From Eledone cirrhosa (Eukaryota), in contig CAXHJY010001352.1 of assembly GCA_964016885.1 (NCBI GenBank), positions 1 to 64,000 of the forward strand: a stretch of 64,000 bases of DNA, given 5' to 3'. A program made the position numbers and the translations under genes. A model generated the notes under the pieces. The model was not told the DNA's origin. It did not search any database and saw nothing but the letters and a program-made list of their open reading frames with translations. The stretch's first letter is position 1. Every line of letters begins with the position of its first letter. This document shows, piece after piece, positions 24,697-39,496 of this stretch.

Positions 24697-24876
24697 ATAC
24701 ATACATATATATATATATATACATACATATATATATATATATACATACATATATATATATATATACATACATATATATATATATATACATACATATATAT
24801 ATACATACATATATATATATATACATACATATATATATACATACATATATATATATATACATACATATATATATAC

Positions 24877-24911
<35 letters not shown>

Positions 24912-24978
24912 CATACATATATATATACATACATATATATATATATATATATACATACATATATATATATATACATAC

Positions 24979-25017
<39 letters not shown>

Positions 25018-25082
25018 CATACATACATATATATATATATACATACATACATACATATATATACATACATACATATATATAT

Positions 25083-25135
<53 letters not shown>

Positions 25136-25150
25136 TACATATATATATAT

Positions 25151-25191
<41 letters not shown>

Positions 25192-25324
25192 TACATATAT
25201 ATATACACATATATATATACACATACATATATATATATATATACATACATATATATATATATATACATACATATATATATATACATACGTACATATATAT
25301 ATATACATACATATATATATATAT

Positions 25325-25359
<35 letters not shown>

Positions 25360-25431
25360 CATACATATATATATATATATACATACATATATATATATAT
25401 ATACATACATATATATATATATATACATACA

Positions 25432-25465
<34 letters not shown>

Positions 25466-25682
25466 CATACATATATATGTATATATATACATATATATAT
25501 ATATACATACATATATATATATATACATACATATATATATACATACATACATATATATATACATACATACATATATATATATACATACATATATATATAT
25601 ATATATATACATACATACATATATATATATACATACATATATATATACATACATATATATATATACATACATACATATATAC

Positions 25683-25754
<72 letters not shown>

Positions 25755-25788
25755 ATATATACATACATACATATACATATATATATAT

Positions 25789-25875
<87 letters not shown>

Positions 25876-25970
25876 CATACATATATATACATATACATAC
25901 ATATATATACATATACATACATATATATACATATACATACATATATATACATACATACATATATATATAT

Positions 25971-26001
<31 letters not shown>

Positions 26002-26046
26002 CATACATATATATATATATACATACATATATATATATATATATAC

Positions 26047-26086
<40 letters not shown>

Positions 26087-26116
26087 ATATACATACATAT
26101 ATATATATATACATAC

Positions 26117-26167
<51 letters not shown>

Positions 26168-26361
26168 CATATATATACATACATATATATATATATATAC
26201 ATACATATATATATATATATACATACATATATATATATATATACATACATATATATATATATATACATACATATATATATATATATACATACATATATAT
26301 ATATATATACATACATATATATATATATATACATACATATATATATATATATACATACAGA

Positions 26362-26399
<38 letters not shown>

Positions 26400-26436
26400 C
26401 ATACATACATATATATATACATACATATATATATAT

Positions 26437-26479
<43 letters not shown>

Positions 26480-26688
26480 TACATATATATATATATATAT
26501 ATATACAGATACATATATATATATACACATATATATATACACATACATATATATATATATATACACATACATATATATATATACACATACATATATATAT
26601 ATACACATACATATATATATATATACACATACATATATATATATACACATACATATATATATATACACATACATATATATATATATAT

Positions 26689-26733
<45 letters not shown>

Positions 26734-26770
26734 TATATATATATATAAATACACACACATATATATATAT

Positions 26771-26807
<37 letters not shown>

Positions 26808-26888
26808 CATATATATATACACATACATATATATATATATACACATACACATATATATATATATATACATACATATATATATATATAT

Positions 26889-26919
<31 letters not shown>

Positions 26920-27028
26920 CATACATACATATATATATATACATACATATATATATATATACATACATATATATATATATACACATACACATATATATAT
27001 ATATATACATACATATATATACATATAT

Positions 27029-27071
<43 letters not shown>

Positions 27072-27140
27072 CATATATATATATATATACATACATATTA
27101 TATATATATACATACATATATATATATATATACATACATA
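24531..27140. repeat. 2.6-kb (TA)n/(TACA)n microsatellite
   Basis: Direct reading. Confidence 0.95.
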
Positions 27141-27750
27141 TGGTGGCTGCCAACTCGTTTTCGAGTACGGCCACTACTTTATATCCATGTAGGAGAACCC
27201 CTACTGATGCGCTGAACGAGTGTGACTTTTTAGTCCAGCCAGCGACTTGAAAGCTCTGGTACAAACACTACACTTGTGACAATTATTGACACATAGTGCT
27301 GGGCCCATGGTACCATGTGACGACAAATGCAGAGAGATCTCCAGATATAAAGCAATGCCTGTGCCGTGAAGCTTTTATAGTGAGCAAAGGCACTGCACAA
27401 AGCCAGTCCCACTCTCTTAACCAAGATGATATTTACCAAAAAGAAGAACAAGTCAACATCATTGGATACCATCAGGGTTGCAGGTGTTATATCAGAGTTT
27501 TCCTTCTCCTAGAATTCTGCCTTGACAAAGGCTAAGGGGTCATCTCTCCCGGTGATTTTGGATGGCCATTGACTCTTAAGAGCTCCTTTGCCTTTTGACA
27601 GGTTTTGTTTTTAGTCCTGCAGGATGTCCAAAGTCACCCTCCTCACCAAGAAACCTTGGTGGGGTTGCCAGTTTAGTCGCCAACGACCCGACCATGGGAC
27701 AGGTTGTACTGGAATACATGTTACCAGTAGCACCAACTGGTGACCTGACA
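27141..27750 (-). mobile_element. Probable 5' UTR fragment of another RTE-like LINE
   Basis: GC-richer island between microsatellites; minus strand has cccttagcc...aaggcagaattctaggagaaggaaaactctga, which resembles RTE 5' UTR motifs as I recall them. Confidence 0.4.
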
Positions 27751-27914
27751 TATATACATACATATATATATATATATACATACATACTCTTTTACTCTTT
27801 TACCTGTTTCAGCCATCCGGCTGAGGCCATGCTGGGGCACCGCCCTTGTTGCTACACATTTTATCTCCAGCCTGTATAGGTTGGCCACTGGTGTAGGAGG
27901 GAGTTTGTTGCTGC

Positions 27915-29910
<1,996 letters not shown>

Positions 29911-31532
29911 AAAGGTAAACCCCTCTACTTAGCTTTTGTTGACTTGGAGAAAGCCTTCGACAGAGTCCCCCGCTCCATTATCTGGTGGGCTCTTAGAAAA
30001 CTAGGTGTTGATGAATGGCTTGTGAGGGCTATACAAGCCATATATAAAGAAACAGTCAGCAAGGTTAGAATTAACAACGAATATAGTGAAGAGTTTAGCG
30101 TAAAAGTTGGTGTCCATCAGGGCTCTGTTCTCAGCCCCCTACTATTTATTATTGCCCTTCAGGCTATAACAGAGGAGTTCAAGACCGGCTGCCCATGGGA
30201 ACTCCTATACGCAGACGACCTAACACTCATAGCTGAATCAATGGCCGAGCTAGAGAAGAAATTCCAAACATAGAAGCACGGCCTAGAATCAAAAAGCCTT
30301 AAAATTAACCTGGCTAAGACTAAAGTTCTAGTTTGTAGGAAAGAAAATAAGGCGGCGGTCCCTTCCGGGAAATGGCCATGCTCAGTGTGTAGGAAAGGCG
30401 TAGGTAGAAACTCCATTTTATGTCCCAAATGCAAAGTATGGGTGCATAAAAGATGTAGTGGGAACACAGGTAAGCTAACTAAGAACTTAGATTTTACATG
30501 TGGGCGGTGCTCTGGTGCAATAAGTAGCAGCAAGTGCCCAATAAATACTAACTCTTTCAATTGCGCAGAGGGCTCTATAGAAATAGTGGACAGCTTCCGT
30601 TACCTGGGTGACAAAATCAGCAGTGGGGGAGGGTGCTCTGAAAGTACAGTAGCTAGAGTCAGAACTGGATGGAAAAAGTTCAGAGAGCTTATACCACTAT
30701 TAGCCGCTAAAGGGTTCTCCCTAAAAATGAAAGGCAGATTGTATGATGCTTGCATACGAACAGCAATGTTGCATGGCAGTGAGACCTGGGCATTGTGTGC
30801 AGAGGATATACGCAGACTAGAGGGGAACGAAGCTTGCATGCTCCGCTGGATGTGCAATAGTAATATACGTGAACGGCAAAGCATAAACGAACTAAGGAAA
30901 AAATTAGAAATAAGAGGGATCAGATGTTGTTTACTTGAGAGAAGGCTTCGTTGGTACGGACACGTGATGCGCATGAAAGATGACAGCTGCATAACAAAGT
31001 GCAGGGCAATAAAGATAGACGGTAGCCATGGAGTAGGCAGACCTAGAAAATCCTGGGACGAGCTGATAAACTCCGACCTCACACACTTACACCTCTCCAA
31101 GACAATGTCACTGGACCGAGACCTTTGGCGGTACTCAGTAATAGAGAAGACCCGCCTTACCTAAATACATAGGCATCTCTAACAAAATACACCCCCGTCC
31201 CACCACCCACACCCCATCCACACAACCCCCTTCTATGTAAAGTTATGTTGGTGCCACAACATCCAGGCCGAAACAAATGAGATCGTTTAGGTGTCACGAC
31301 AAAAAAACACACAGTCCACGCTGTAATGTGGCCGTGTAGGCAACACGGTAAAAACCTCCCAGCCCCACACTGTAAATGTGGTTGGTGTTAGGAAGGGCAT
31401 CCAACTGTAGAAAACCTGCCAGACAGTCCTATGCGAGCAAGACAACCACTCTTGCCTCAAGTGGGACTACCCCCGTCCAAACCCATGCAAGCGTGGAACA
31501 CGGTCGTTAAACGTTGATGATGATGATGATGA
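29911..31532 (+). mobile_element. 5'-truncated RTE LINE, subfamily B (RT, PHD-like insert, 3' UTR); nonsense codon at 30271
   Basis: ORFs 29944-30273 and 30385-31164 are in the same frame and align to the C-terminal ~40% of the 1039-aa protein; distinct 3' UTR; (GAT)n tail. Confidence 0.93.
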
Positions 31533-31605
31533 TACATACATATATATATATATACATACATATATATATATATATACATACATATATATATATATATATA
31601 CATAC

Positions 31606-31639
<34 letters not shown>

Positions 31640-31773
31640 ATATACATATATACATACATACATACACATACATACACATATATATATACATACATATACA
31701 TACATATATATATATACATACATATACATACATATATATATATACATACATATACATACATATATACATACAT

Positions 31774-31810
<37 letters not shown>

Positions 31811-31898
31811 CATACATATATATATATACATACATATATATATATACATACATATATATATATACATACATATATACATACATATATATATATACATG

Positions 31899-31929
<31 letters not shown>

Positions 31930-31944
31930 ATAAATACAAAGTAA

Positions 31945-32553
31945 AAACCTACTACAGTCAGTAGGCACCTCTATCAAAACACACCCCCGTCCCACCACCT
32001 CCACCCCATCCACACCGCCCCTTTCAATGTAAAGTTATGTTGGTCCCACAACATCCAGGCCGAAACAAATGAGATCGTGTAGGTGTCACGACAAAAAACA
32101 CACAGTCCACGCTGTAAATGTGGCCGTGTAGGCAACACGGTAAAAACCTCCCAGCCCCACACTGTAAATGTGGTTGGTGTTAGGAAGGGCATCCAGCCGT
32201 AGAAAACCCGCCAGACAGTCCACGCTGTAATGTGGCCGTGTAGGCAACACGGTAAAAACCTCCCAGCCCCACACTGTAAATGTGGTTGGTGTTAGGAAGG
32301 GCATCCAGCTGTAGAAAACCCGCCAGACAGTCCACGCTGTAATGTGGCCGTGTAGGCAACACGGTAAAAACCTCCCAGCCCCACACTGTAAATGTGGTTG
32401 GTGTTAGGAAGGGCATCCAACTGTAGAAAACCCGCCAGACAGTCCTATGCGAGCAAGACAACCACTCTTGCCTCAAGTGGGAAAACCCCCGTCCAAACCC
32501 ATGCAAGCGTGGAACACGGACGCTAAACCTGATGATGATGATGATGATGATGA
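31945..32553 (+). mobile_element. RTE-B 3' UTR copy with a triplicated ~112-bp segment
   Basis: cagtccacgctgtaa...agaaaacccgccaga units start at ~32103, 32216 and 32328. Confidence 0.85.
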
Positions 32554-32566
32554 TATATATATATGT

Positions 32567-32675
32567 ATGAGGTTGGTGTTAGGAAGGGCATCCAGCTGTA
32601 GAAATCAAGCCAGAATCAGTTCCTGTCCTACCCCTGCAAACAGGGAATAACGGACGTAAAAGGATGATGATGATG

Positions 32676-32677
<2 letters not shown>
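32567..32677 (+). mobile_element. SINE family 1 3' tail
   Basis: gaggttggtgttaggaagggcatccagc...cggacgtaaaaggatgatgatg. Confidence 0.75.
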
Positions 32678-32750
<73 letters not shown>

Positions 32751-32754
<4 letters not shown>

Positions 32755-33024
32755 GATGAAATCAAAAATGCAACTGGAGTCTTATTTTAAAAAAAATATA
32801 TATATTTATTTGGTTCCTTTACCGGTTTCGCAGTTCTTCTGCTTTTCAAAATTAGAGTTGAGATGGAGGTTCTGTGGTTTTCCTCACAAGAGAAAAACCA
32901 CAGACCCTCCATCTCAACTCTACTTTTGAAAAGCAGAAGAACTGCGAAACCGGTAAAGGAACCAAATAAATATATATATATTTTTTTAAATAAGACTCCA
33001 GTTGCATTTTCGATTTCATCTTTT
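32751..33024. repeat. Fold-back palindrome 1 (~135-bp arms, 4-nt loop at 32886-32889), probable Penelope-like remnant
   Basis: Arms are near-perfect reverse complements; flanked by (TA)n. Confidence 0.9.
32923..32958 (+). ncRNA. Minimal hammerhead ribozyme motif, U3-A8 core variant (mirror copy on the minus strand in the left arm)
   Basis: ctt-TTGAAAA-gcag aagaa ctgc-GAAA-ccgg-TA-aag: helix I, core, helix II, palindromic loop 3, GUA cleavage triplet. Confidence 0.55.
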
Positions 33025-33089
33025 TTTCTTTATACTTTCACTCGTGTAGGACACCTCGGTTATTTTTCATTTTGTAAAAAAAACCTCAC

Positions 33090-33130
<41 letters not shown>

Positions 33131-33442
33131 GGAGGTGAGTTTTATTGTAGTACAATAAAGCAATGCAGATATCGGATAAGAAGCACTCTACAGTTTGTAG
33201 GACTGGAGTATACATAATATATAAGATATGTTGATTTAAAACTGCACTATCCACAAGTGTTTTTTAACCTTCATATCATGTCTTCCTATTTTATCTTATG
33301 AAAACACAAATATTATTGCATGATGATGTTTGTTTTTGAAATGCACATAATAAAATACATGGAACTCTTTTAACCATCTTTTGATCTTATATATTATATA
33401 TATATATAGTTAAAAGAATAGAGGTGTAACACACAAGTTATT

Positions 33443-33826
33443 ATATATTGGTAAACGGAATAGAAAATGCTGACAAATTGTTCACAGTTGAAAAATGGTT
33501 TAATTAGGAATAAAAGAGTATTAGTGATTGTATGGGTTAGTATTCAGTTGTGGTTTTAAGTTTTTAAGTTTTTACCGGTTGCGCATTTCTAAATGCTTTT
33601 CAAAAATAATTTTGAGATAGAGTGTCCGTGTTGATCAGAGCAAACAACACGGACACTCTATCTCAAAATTATTTTTGAAAAGCATTTAGGAATGCGCAAC
33701 CGGTAAAAACTTAAAAACTTAAAACCACAACTGAATACTAACCCATACAATCACTAATACTCTTTTATTCCTAATTAAACCATTTTTCAACTGTGAATAA
33801 TTTGTCAGCATTTTCTATTCCGTTTA

Positions 33827-33835
<9 letters not shown>
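33443..33835. repeat. Fold-back palindrome 2 (~190-bp arms, 11-nt loop at 33634-33644), related to palindrome 1
   Basis: Near-perfect inverted arms; carries ttt-TTGAAAA-gcatt tagg aatgc-GCAA-ccgg-TA-aaa. Confidence 0.9.
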
Positions 33836-33864
<29 letters not shown>

Positions 33865-34515
33865 TATATATACACACACACACACACTCTCATGCATATA
33901 CACGTATACACACATTCATATTAATATATTTATATAGTAAAGCACTTTACTATTAGGATTATATATATCTATATATGTTGCCTTGGCTGCTATTTCTAGC
34001 GCTAAAATTAAAACCGGAAGTGGACAAGATGAAAAAGTTACCTAAAATTCAGTCTCAACTTTTTAAACAATAGATTTTTTTATGTCAACAAACGGAGAAT
34101 ATTTGGCAAGAAAGATAACTCTTGTCTTACTTAAAGCCGGAAATTGAGTTAAAAATTTTGCGGGTCTGCAGTTTATATAAACCTTCTTATTTGGTCTTGT
34201 TAACTGGCATTTGACTGCTATTTCTAGCATATATTAATAGACACTTTAGAAATAGCAGCCAAAAGTCAGCTAACAACACTATAGGAAACACCAGAAAGAA
34301 GGACTCATGCACACACACACACATATATATATATATAAATGTGTGTGTGAATTATTTTTCCCACATCTTACGTTAACTATTTTCCCATTTTGACGCTATA
34401 GTCACTTATATATTATGGAATACTGTTGGCTTCTGGCTACCATAATTTCTATACTTTTCATATATATATATATATATACATGTACATGTACACACACACA
34501 GACACGTGTGTGTGC

Positions 34516-34567
<52 letters not shown>

Positions 34568-34713
34568 GCGCACAAATATATTAAAATATGTGCGTATATA
34601 TATATAATATATGTATGTGTGTGTATATATGTGTATGTGTACTTATTCATACATACATATATATGTGTATATATATATATATACATATATATGTATATAT
34701 ATATATGTAAATA

Positions 34714-37700
34714 CATCATCATCATCATCATCATCACCGTTTTACGTCCGTTCTTCCACGCTAGCATGGGTTAGACGGGTTGTCCTGTTGTGGGCAGTGT
34801 CTGGTCGGCTGACCATGCCTTGCTCATACAGGAACTGATCTGGCTTGATTTCTACAGCTGGATGCCCTTCCTAACACCAACCTCATTTACAGTGAGTGCT
34901 GGGTGCTTTTTCGTGGCGCCTACACGTCCACTTTACAGTGTGGGCTGGGTGCTTTTTTGCCGTGGCACCTCCACGACCACCTTGCGGTGGGTGGGGGGGG
35001 GGCATATTGTTTATATGCTTCAGCATGTACCCATGGGAGGTCGGGTACCCTGTATTACTGCGTGACGCCAGAAGTCACGGTCGTGTGTCATTGACTTTGA
35101 GAGGTGTAGTTGGGTAAGGTCGGCTTTTATCACCTCATCCCAAGTCATCTTGGGTCTCCCCACTCCGCGGTTTCCATCAACTTCTAGTGCTCTGCACCTT
35201 TTTATGCAGCTGTCATCCTTCATACGCATCACATGTCCATACCAGCGTAACCGCCTCTCCTGCACACAGCATTTGATTCCTCTTATGCTCAGTCTCTCTC
35301 TCAATTCCTTTATGCTTTGTCGTTCACGTATATTACTGTTACACATCCATCGGAGCATGCAGGCTTCGTTTCTCTCTAATCTATGTAAGTCTTCCACCTT
35401 CAGCGCCCAGGTCTCACTACCATGCAACATCGCTGTTCGGATACACGCATCATACAGTCTGCCTTTCATTCTGAGGGAGAAGCCTTTTGCAGCTAGCAGT
35501 GGTAGTAGTTCCCTAAACTTCTTCCATCCCGTTCTTACCCTAGTTATTGTACTTTCTGAGCACCCACCTCCGTTGCTAATTCGGTCACCTAGGTAGCAGA
35601 AGCTGTCTACTGTTTCTACAGGGCCCTGCCAGAGATTGGTGGTACTTGTTTCCTGTGGCTGTTTGCTTGCTGTTTCAGCACAGCTGCTGCATGTGAATCC
35701 TACATTCTTAATTAAGCTTCCTGAGATCCCGCTACATCTCTTGTGTACCCATTGTTTGCATTTGGGGCAGAGAATGGAGTTCCTACCTACACCTTTCCTA
35801 CATACTGAGCAAGGCCATTTCCCTGAGGGGATCTGGGTTCTGTTTTCTCGTCTACTTATAAGGACCTTAGTCTTTGTCATGTTGACTTTGAGGCCCTTTC
35901 TCTCTAGTCCCTGATTCCAGGTTTGGAATTTATTCTCTAGTTCTACCATAGATTCAGCTATGAGTGCGAGGTCATCAGCATACAGGAATTCCCATGGGCA
36001 TCCGGTCTTAAACTCCTCCGTTATTGCCTGCAGGACTATGATGAACAGGAGAGGGCTAAGAACAGAGCCCTGGTGAACCCCAACCTGTACGCTAAATTCC
36101 TCGCTATACTCATTGCCAATCCTAACTTTGCTGACTGCTCCCCTATACATGGCTTGTACCGCTTTCACAAGCCATTCATCTACTCCTAGTTTTCTAAGAG
36201 CCCACCAGATTACTGCACGTGGAACTCTGTCAAAGGCTTTCTCAAGGTCGACAAATGCCAAGTAGAGTGGCTTACTTTTAGCTAGGTACTTTTCCTGTAA
36301 TTGCCTCACAAGGAAGAGGGCATCAGTGTTGCCTTTCCCTGGTACAAACCCAAATTGCATCTCGTCTATATTCACCCGGTCCCTAATCAGCTGTGCTATA
36401 ACTCTTTCTGTTACTTTCATGACCTGGTCCATCAACTTTATACCTCTATAGTTTCCTCTATCTAGTGCATCACCTTTACCTTTGTAGCAGTTGACAATGA
36501 TGCTACTGCACCAATCTTTTGGTATGGCCCCCTCTAGTATTACCTGGTTAACGATACGTGTGGTTATAGTGTGACCTACAGACCCAGATGCCTTCAGCAT
36601 CTCGGCAGCTATACCCGATGGACCGGTTGCCTTCCCTATCTTCATATCTCTGATTGCCTTACTTACTACGCTGCCGCAGACTTGTACTGCTGGTCCCTCT
36701 ATAGGGTCTACGTGGGGTAGGGTCTCTTCTTCCCATGCATTCTCCTCATTTAGTAATCTATCATAATGACTCTTCCATGCATCTTTCTTCTCAGCACTTG
36801 TGAGCGCAAGCTCACCTTTATCATTCCGGATACACTTCTCTCCAATGACATCACAACTATCTCTGACACACTGCCTCGCAATCTTGAATACCTCCTGTTT
36901 CTGGTCCTCACGTTGTAAAACATGCTTGAATTTTCTATCCTCTGCTTCCCTCCTAGCTAAGTATACTTGTCGCCTAGCTTCCCTCTTGGTCTCTATGTAA
37001 TGTACCCTGCTCCCCCCGTTCTTCCATTCTTTCCATGCCTGTCTCTTGGCCTTGACTGCTTCATCTACCTTATTGTTCCACCACCAAGTCACTCTCCTCC
37101 TGCTTGAGGTCTTACTCCAGCCACAAACCTCATCCGTCGCCTCTAGTAAGTTATTTTTTAGGAACTCCCAGTTCTCTTCTACGTTAAATGTCTCTATCTG
37201 TTCTTCTTTACTGTCGTAGGCGTTGAGTAAAATATCTTTAAGTCTGTTACTGGTTGAGGGGACTTTCAGCTTCCAGATCTTTCTTCTCCAGGTTGGCCTC
37301 TGTTTCAGGGCTCGTCTAGTTCTGACCGTGAGGTCACTGACAACTAAGCTATGTTGGGATGTACATTCCTCACTAGGGAAGGCTTTTGTGTTTACGACCG
37401 TCCATCTGTCACGTCCTCTGATGAGGATAAAATCTAACTGACTAGAGTGCTCCCCTGATCTATAGGTGATCAGGTGGTTGTCGGGTTTTTTAAAGTTTGT
37501 GTTACATATCGACATGTCATTGGCGTCGCAGAATTCTAGAAGTCTGAATCCTTCCTCATTTCTTGTGCCAACCCCATGGCCTCCATGTACTCTATTGAAG
37601 CCGTCGCAGTGTTTACCTACGTGTCCGTTAAAATCTCCTGCAATGATTAGGAAGTCCTTGTCGTCTGTTAGAGCAGTAGTGTGTATTAGGGACTCGTAAA

Positions 37701-38146
37701 ACCTATCCTTAAGTTCGTCTGGCAGCCCCGATTGGGGTGCGTAAGCTGATATTATTGTGGTAATTGTCTTATTCAGGACTAGTCTGAGTTTAATGATTCT
37801 TGCATTTACCCTGTACACTGAGATTACTTTATCTACCCACTTGTCAGCTAATAGTATACCTACACCACCCATCCCATCGTCATTTCCCACCCAGAAAAAT
37901 TTGTAGCACTGGCTTTTTCCTACAAGGACTCTAGCAGACCCTCCTCTCCATCTAGTCTCTTGCACACAGCATACATCAACTTCCTTTTGCTCTAGCATTT
38001 CTACGATTTCTCCTGCTCTTCCTTTCATTGAGCCTACATTGATGGTACCAACTCGGAGTTTTGGGCATTTGTCGACACTCGTAGGGGAGGGTCTCTGGGT
38101 TGGCGCTTCACATGGGTGCTTGGTAGCTCGCAGATTCATATTTCAT
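34714..38146 (-). mobile_element. Intact RTE-clade LINE, subfamily A copy 2, 5' end truncated about 7 bp before the ATG
   Basis: Reverse complement of 21100-24530 with scattered substitutions; (CAT)n tail at 34714-34736. Confidence 0.95.
35020..38139 (-). CDS. RTE LINE polyprotein, 1039 aa, intact
   Basis: About 11 aa differences from the 21107-24226 product. Confidence 0.97.
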   Translation of the reverse strand: MNLRATKHPCEAPTQRPSPTSVDKCPKLRVGTINVGSMKGRAGEIVEMLEQKEVDVCCVQETRWRGGSARVLVGKSQCYKFFWVGNDDGMGGVGILLADKWVDKVISVYRVNARIIKLRLVLNKTITTIISAYAPQSGLPDELKDRFYESLIHTTALTDDKDFLIIAGDFNGHVGKHCDGFNRVHGGHGVGTRNEEGFRLLEFCDANDMSICNTNFKKPDNHLITYRSGEHSSQLDFILIRGRDRWTVVNTKAFPSEECTSQHSLVVSDLTVRTRRALKQRPTWRRKIWKLKVPSTSNRLKDILLNAYDSKEEQIETFNVEENWEFLKNNLLEATDEVCGWSKTSSRRRVTWWWNNKVDEAVKAKRQAWKEWKNGGSRVHYIETKREARRQVYLARREAEDRKFKHVLQREDQKQEVFKIARQCVRDSCDVIGEKCIRNDKGELALTSAEKKDAWKSHYDRLLNEENAWEEETLPHVDPIEGPAVQVCGSVVSKAIRDMKIGKATGPSGIAAEMLKASGSVGHTITTRIVNQVILEGAIPKDWCSSIIVNCYKGKGDALDRGNYRGIKLMDQVMKVTERVIAQLIRDRVNIDEMQFGFVPGKGNTDALFLVRQLQEKYLAKSKPLYLAFVDLEKAFDRVPRAVIWWALRKLGVDEWLVKAVQAMYRGAVSKVRIGNEYSEEFSVQVGVHQGSVLSPLLFIIVLQAITEEFKTGCPWEFLYADDLALIAESMVELENKFQTWNQGLERKGLKVNMTKTKVLISRRENRTQIPSGKWPCSVCRKGVGRNSILCPKCKQWVHKRCSGISGSLIKNVGFTCSSCAETASKQPQETSTTNLWQGPVETVDSFCYLGDRISNGGGCSESTITRVRTGWKKFRELLPLLAAKGFSLRMKGRLYDACIRTAMLHGSETWALKVEDLHRLERNEACMLRWMCNSNIRERQSIKELRERLSIRGIKCCVQERRLRWYGHVMRMKDDSCIKRCRALEVDGNRGVGRPKMTWDEVIKADLTQLHLSKSMTHDRDFWRHAVIQGTRPPMGTC

Positions 38147-38180
38147 ATACATATATATATATATGTATATGTATGTATAT

Positions 38181-38568
38181 GGAGGCACATGGCTTAGTGG
38201 TTAGAGCATTGGGCTTGCAATCGAAAGGTTGTGAGTTGAATTCTCAGACCGTGTGATGTGTTGTTTCCTTGAGCAAGACACTTCATTTCACATTGCTCCA
38301 GTTTACTCAGCTGTAGAAACGAGATGATAGGACTGGGGTCCTTATCATTCCACTGCAAAGTGGTCGTGGAGGTGCCACGGCAAAAATAGCACCCAGCCCA
38401 CACTGTAAAGTGGACGTGTAGGCGCCACGGCAAAAAAGCACCCAGCACTCACTGTAAATGAGGTTGGTGTTAGGAAGGGCATCCAGCTGTAGAGATCAAG
38501 CCAGAATCAGTTCCCATCCCACCCTTGCAAGCAGGGAAAAGCGGATGTAAAATGATGATGATGATGAT
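38181..38568 (+). mobile_element. Full-length tRNA-derived CORE-type SINE (family 1)
   Basis: ggaggcacatggcttagtggttagagc head, gttgaattc B-box, CORE-like block, 3' half shared with the RTE-A 3' UTR, (ATG)n tail. Confidence 0.88.
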
Positions 38569-39496
38569 TGATGAACATTTATTATGGTGAAATATGTTGG
38601 AAATCATTCTCAGATGTTTTGTATTGTAATTAACAAATACATCCTGTAGAAAGTACCCCTTCATATTACTTGTCATTAAGGGCTATTACAGAGACACAAT
38701 CTCATTTCATTGTTGAGGGTGGTGGATTGGCAGAATCAGTAGAGTGTCAGACGATATGTCATATAGTTACATCCCTTTACATTCTGAATTAAAATCCTAC
38801 TGAGGTTAGCTTTAATTTTCTTCCTCACAGGTTCTGTAAAATAATTGTTTCTACTATTGGCACAAGGCCAGCAATTACCCAGTGCAATTCTGGTACTTTA
38901 TTTTATCGACCCCGTAAGGATGAGTTCATAGACTGACCAAGTTACTCTCATGGAATGAGACAATGTATACATACAAATATATACTATATATATGTATACA
39001 AACACATATATATTGTATAGTGAAGTCATACAACATATGGTAATATCATGTTTTCAATTGTCAGTTAGGGAGGTACATTGTGTCCTTAAGCAAGACACAT
39101 CATTCCACATGTCTCTAATCTCCACAGCTGAAAAAGACAAGTATCAGCTTTAGTTGGAGGTTTAGCATGGGTTGGATCATTCCCGGCCTCCAACATTTTC
39201 CCTGCAGCCACAAACCCAGGCTTTACTACCTGTAATATAAGAGAAGAGGGAGATAGTTAAATACCGGGGCCTGACAAACCACTTCCTCTTTGTCCCCACA
39301 CTGCTGATTTCCTCCTCAAAATTAGAAAGACAGCAGACTACTTGAGGAAGTAGTCCCATGAGGTGGGGTGGATGTTGTAGTGGGTGTCTCTGGCTATTCT
39401 CTGTGGTAACACCTTTGCCATTTTGTCTGTAGGGTGGGGCTGAATCACAGCTCAGACTGAAATATAAAGTCTGTCCCTCTCCCGTTATTTTCGTTG

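Noticed and set aside
16770-24815. A ~270-bp target-site duplication around the array plus LINE
   Set aside because: The match does not abut the left junction; it is better explained by a pre-existing higher-order microsatellite repeat interrupted by the insertion
38181-38250. tRNA gene
   Set aside because: A/B boxes are present but there is no proper cloverleaf, and it continues into a SINE body and tail
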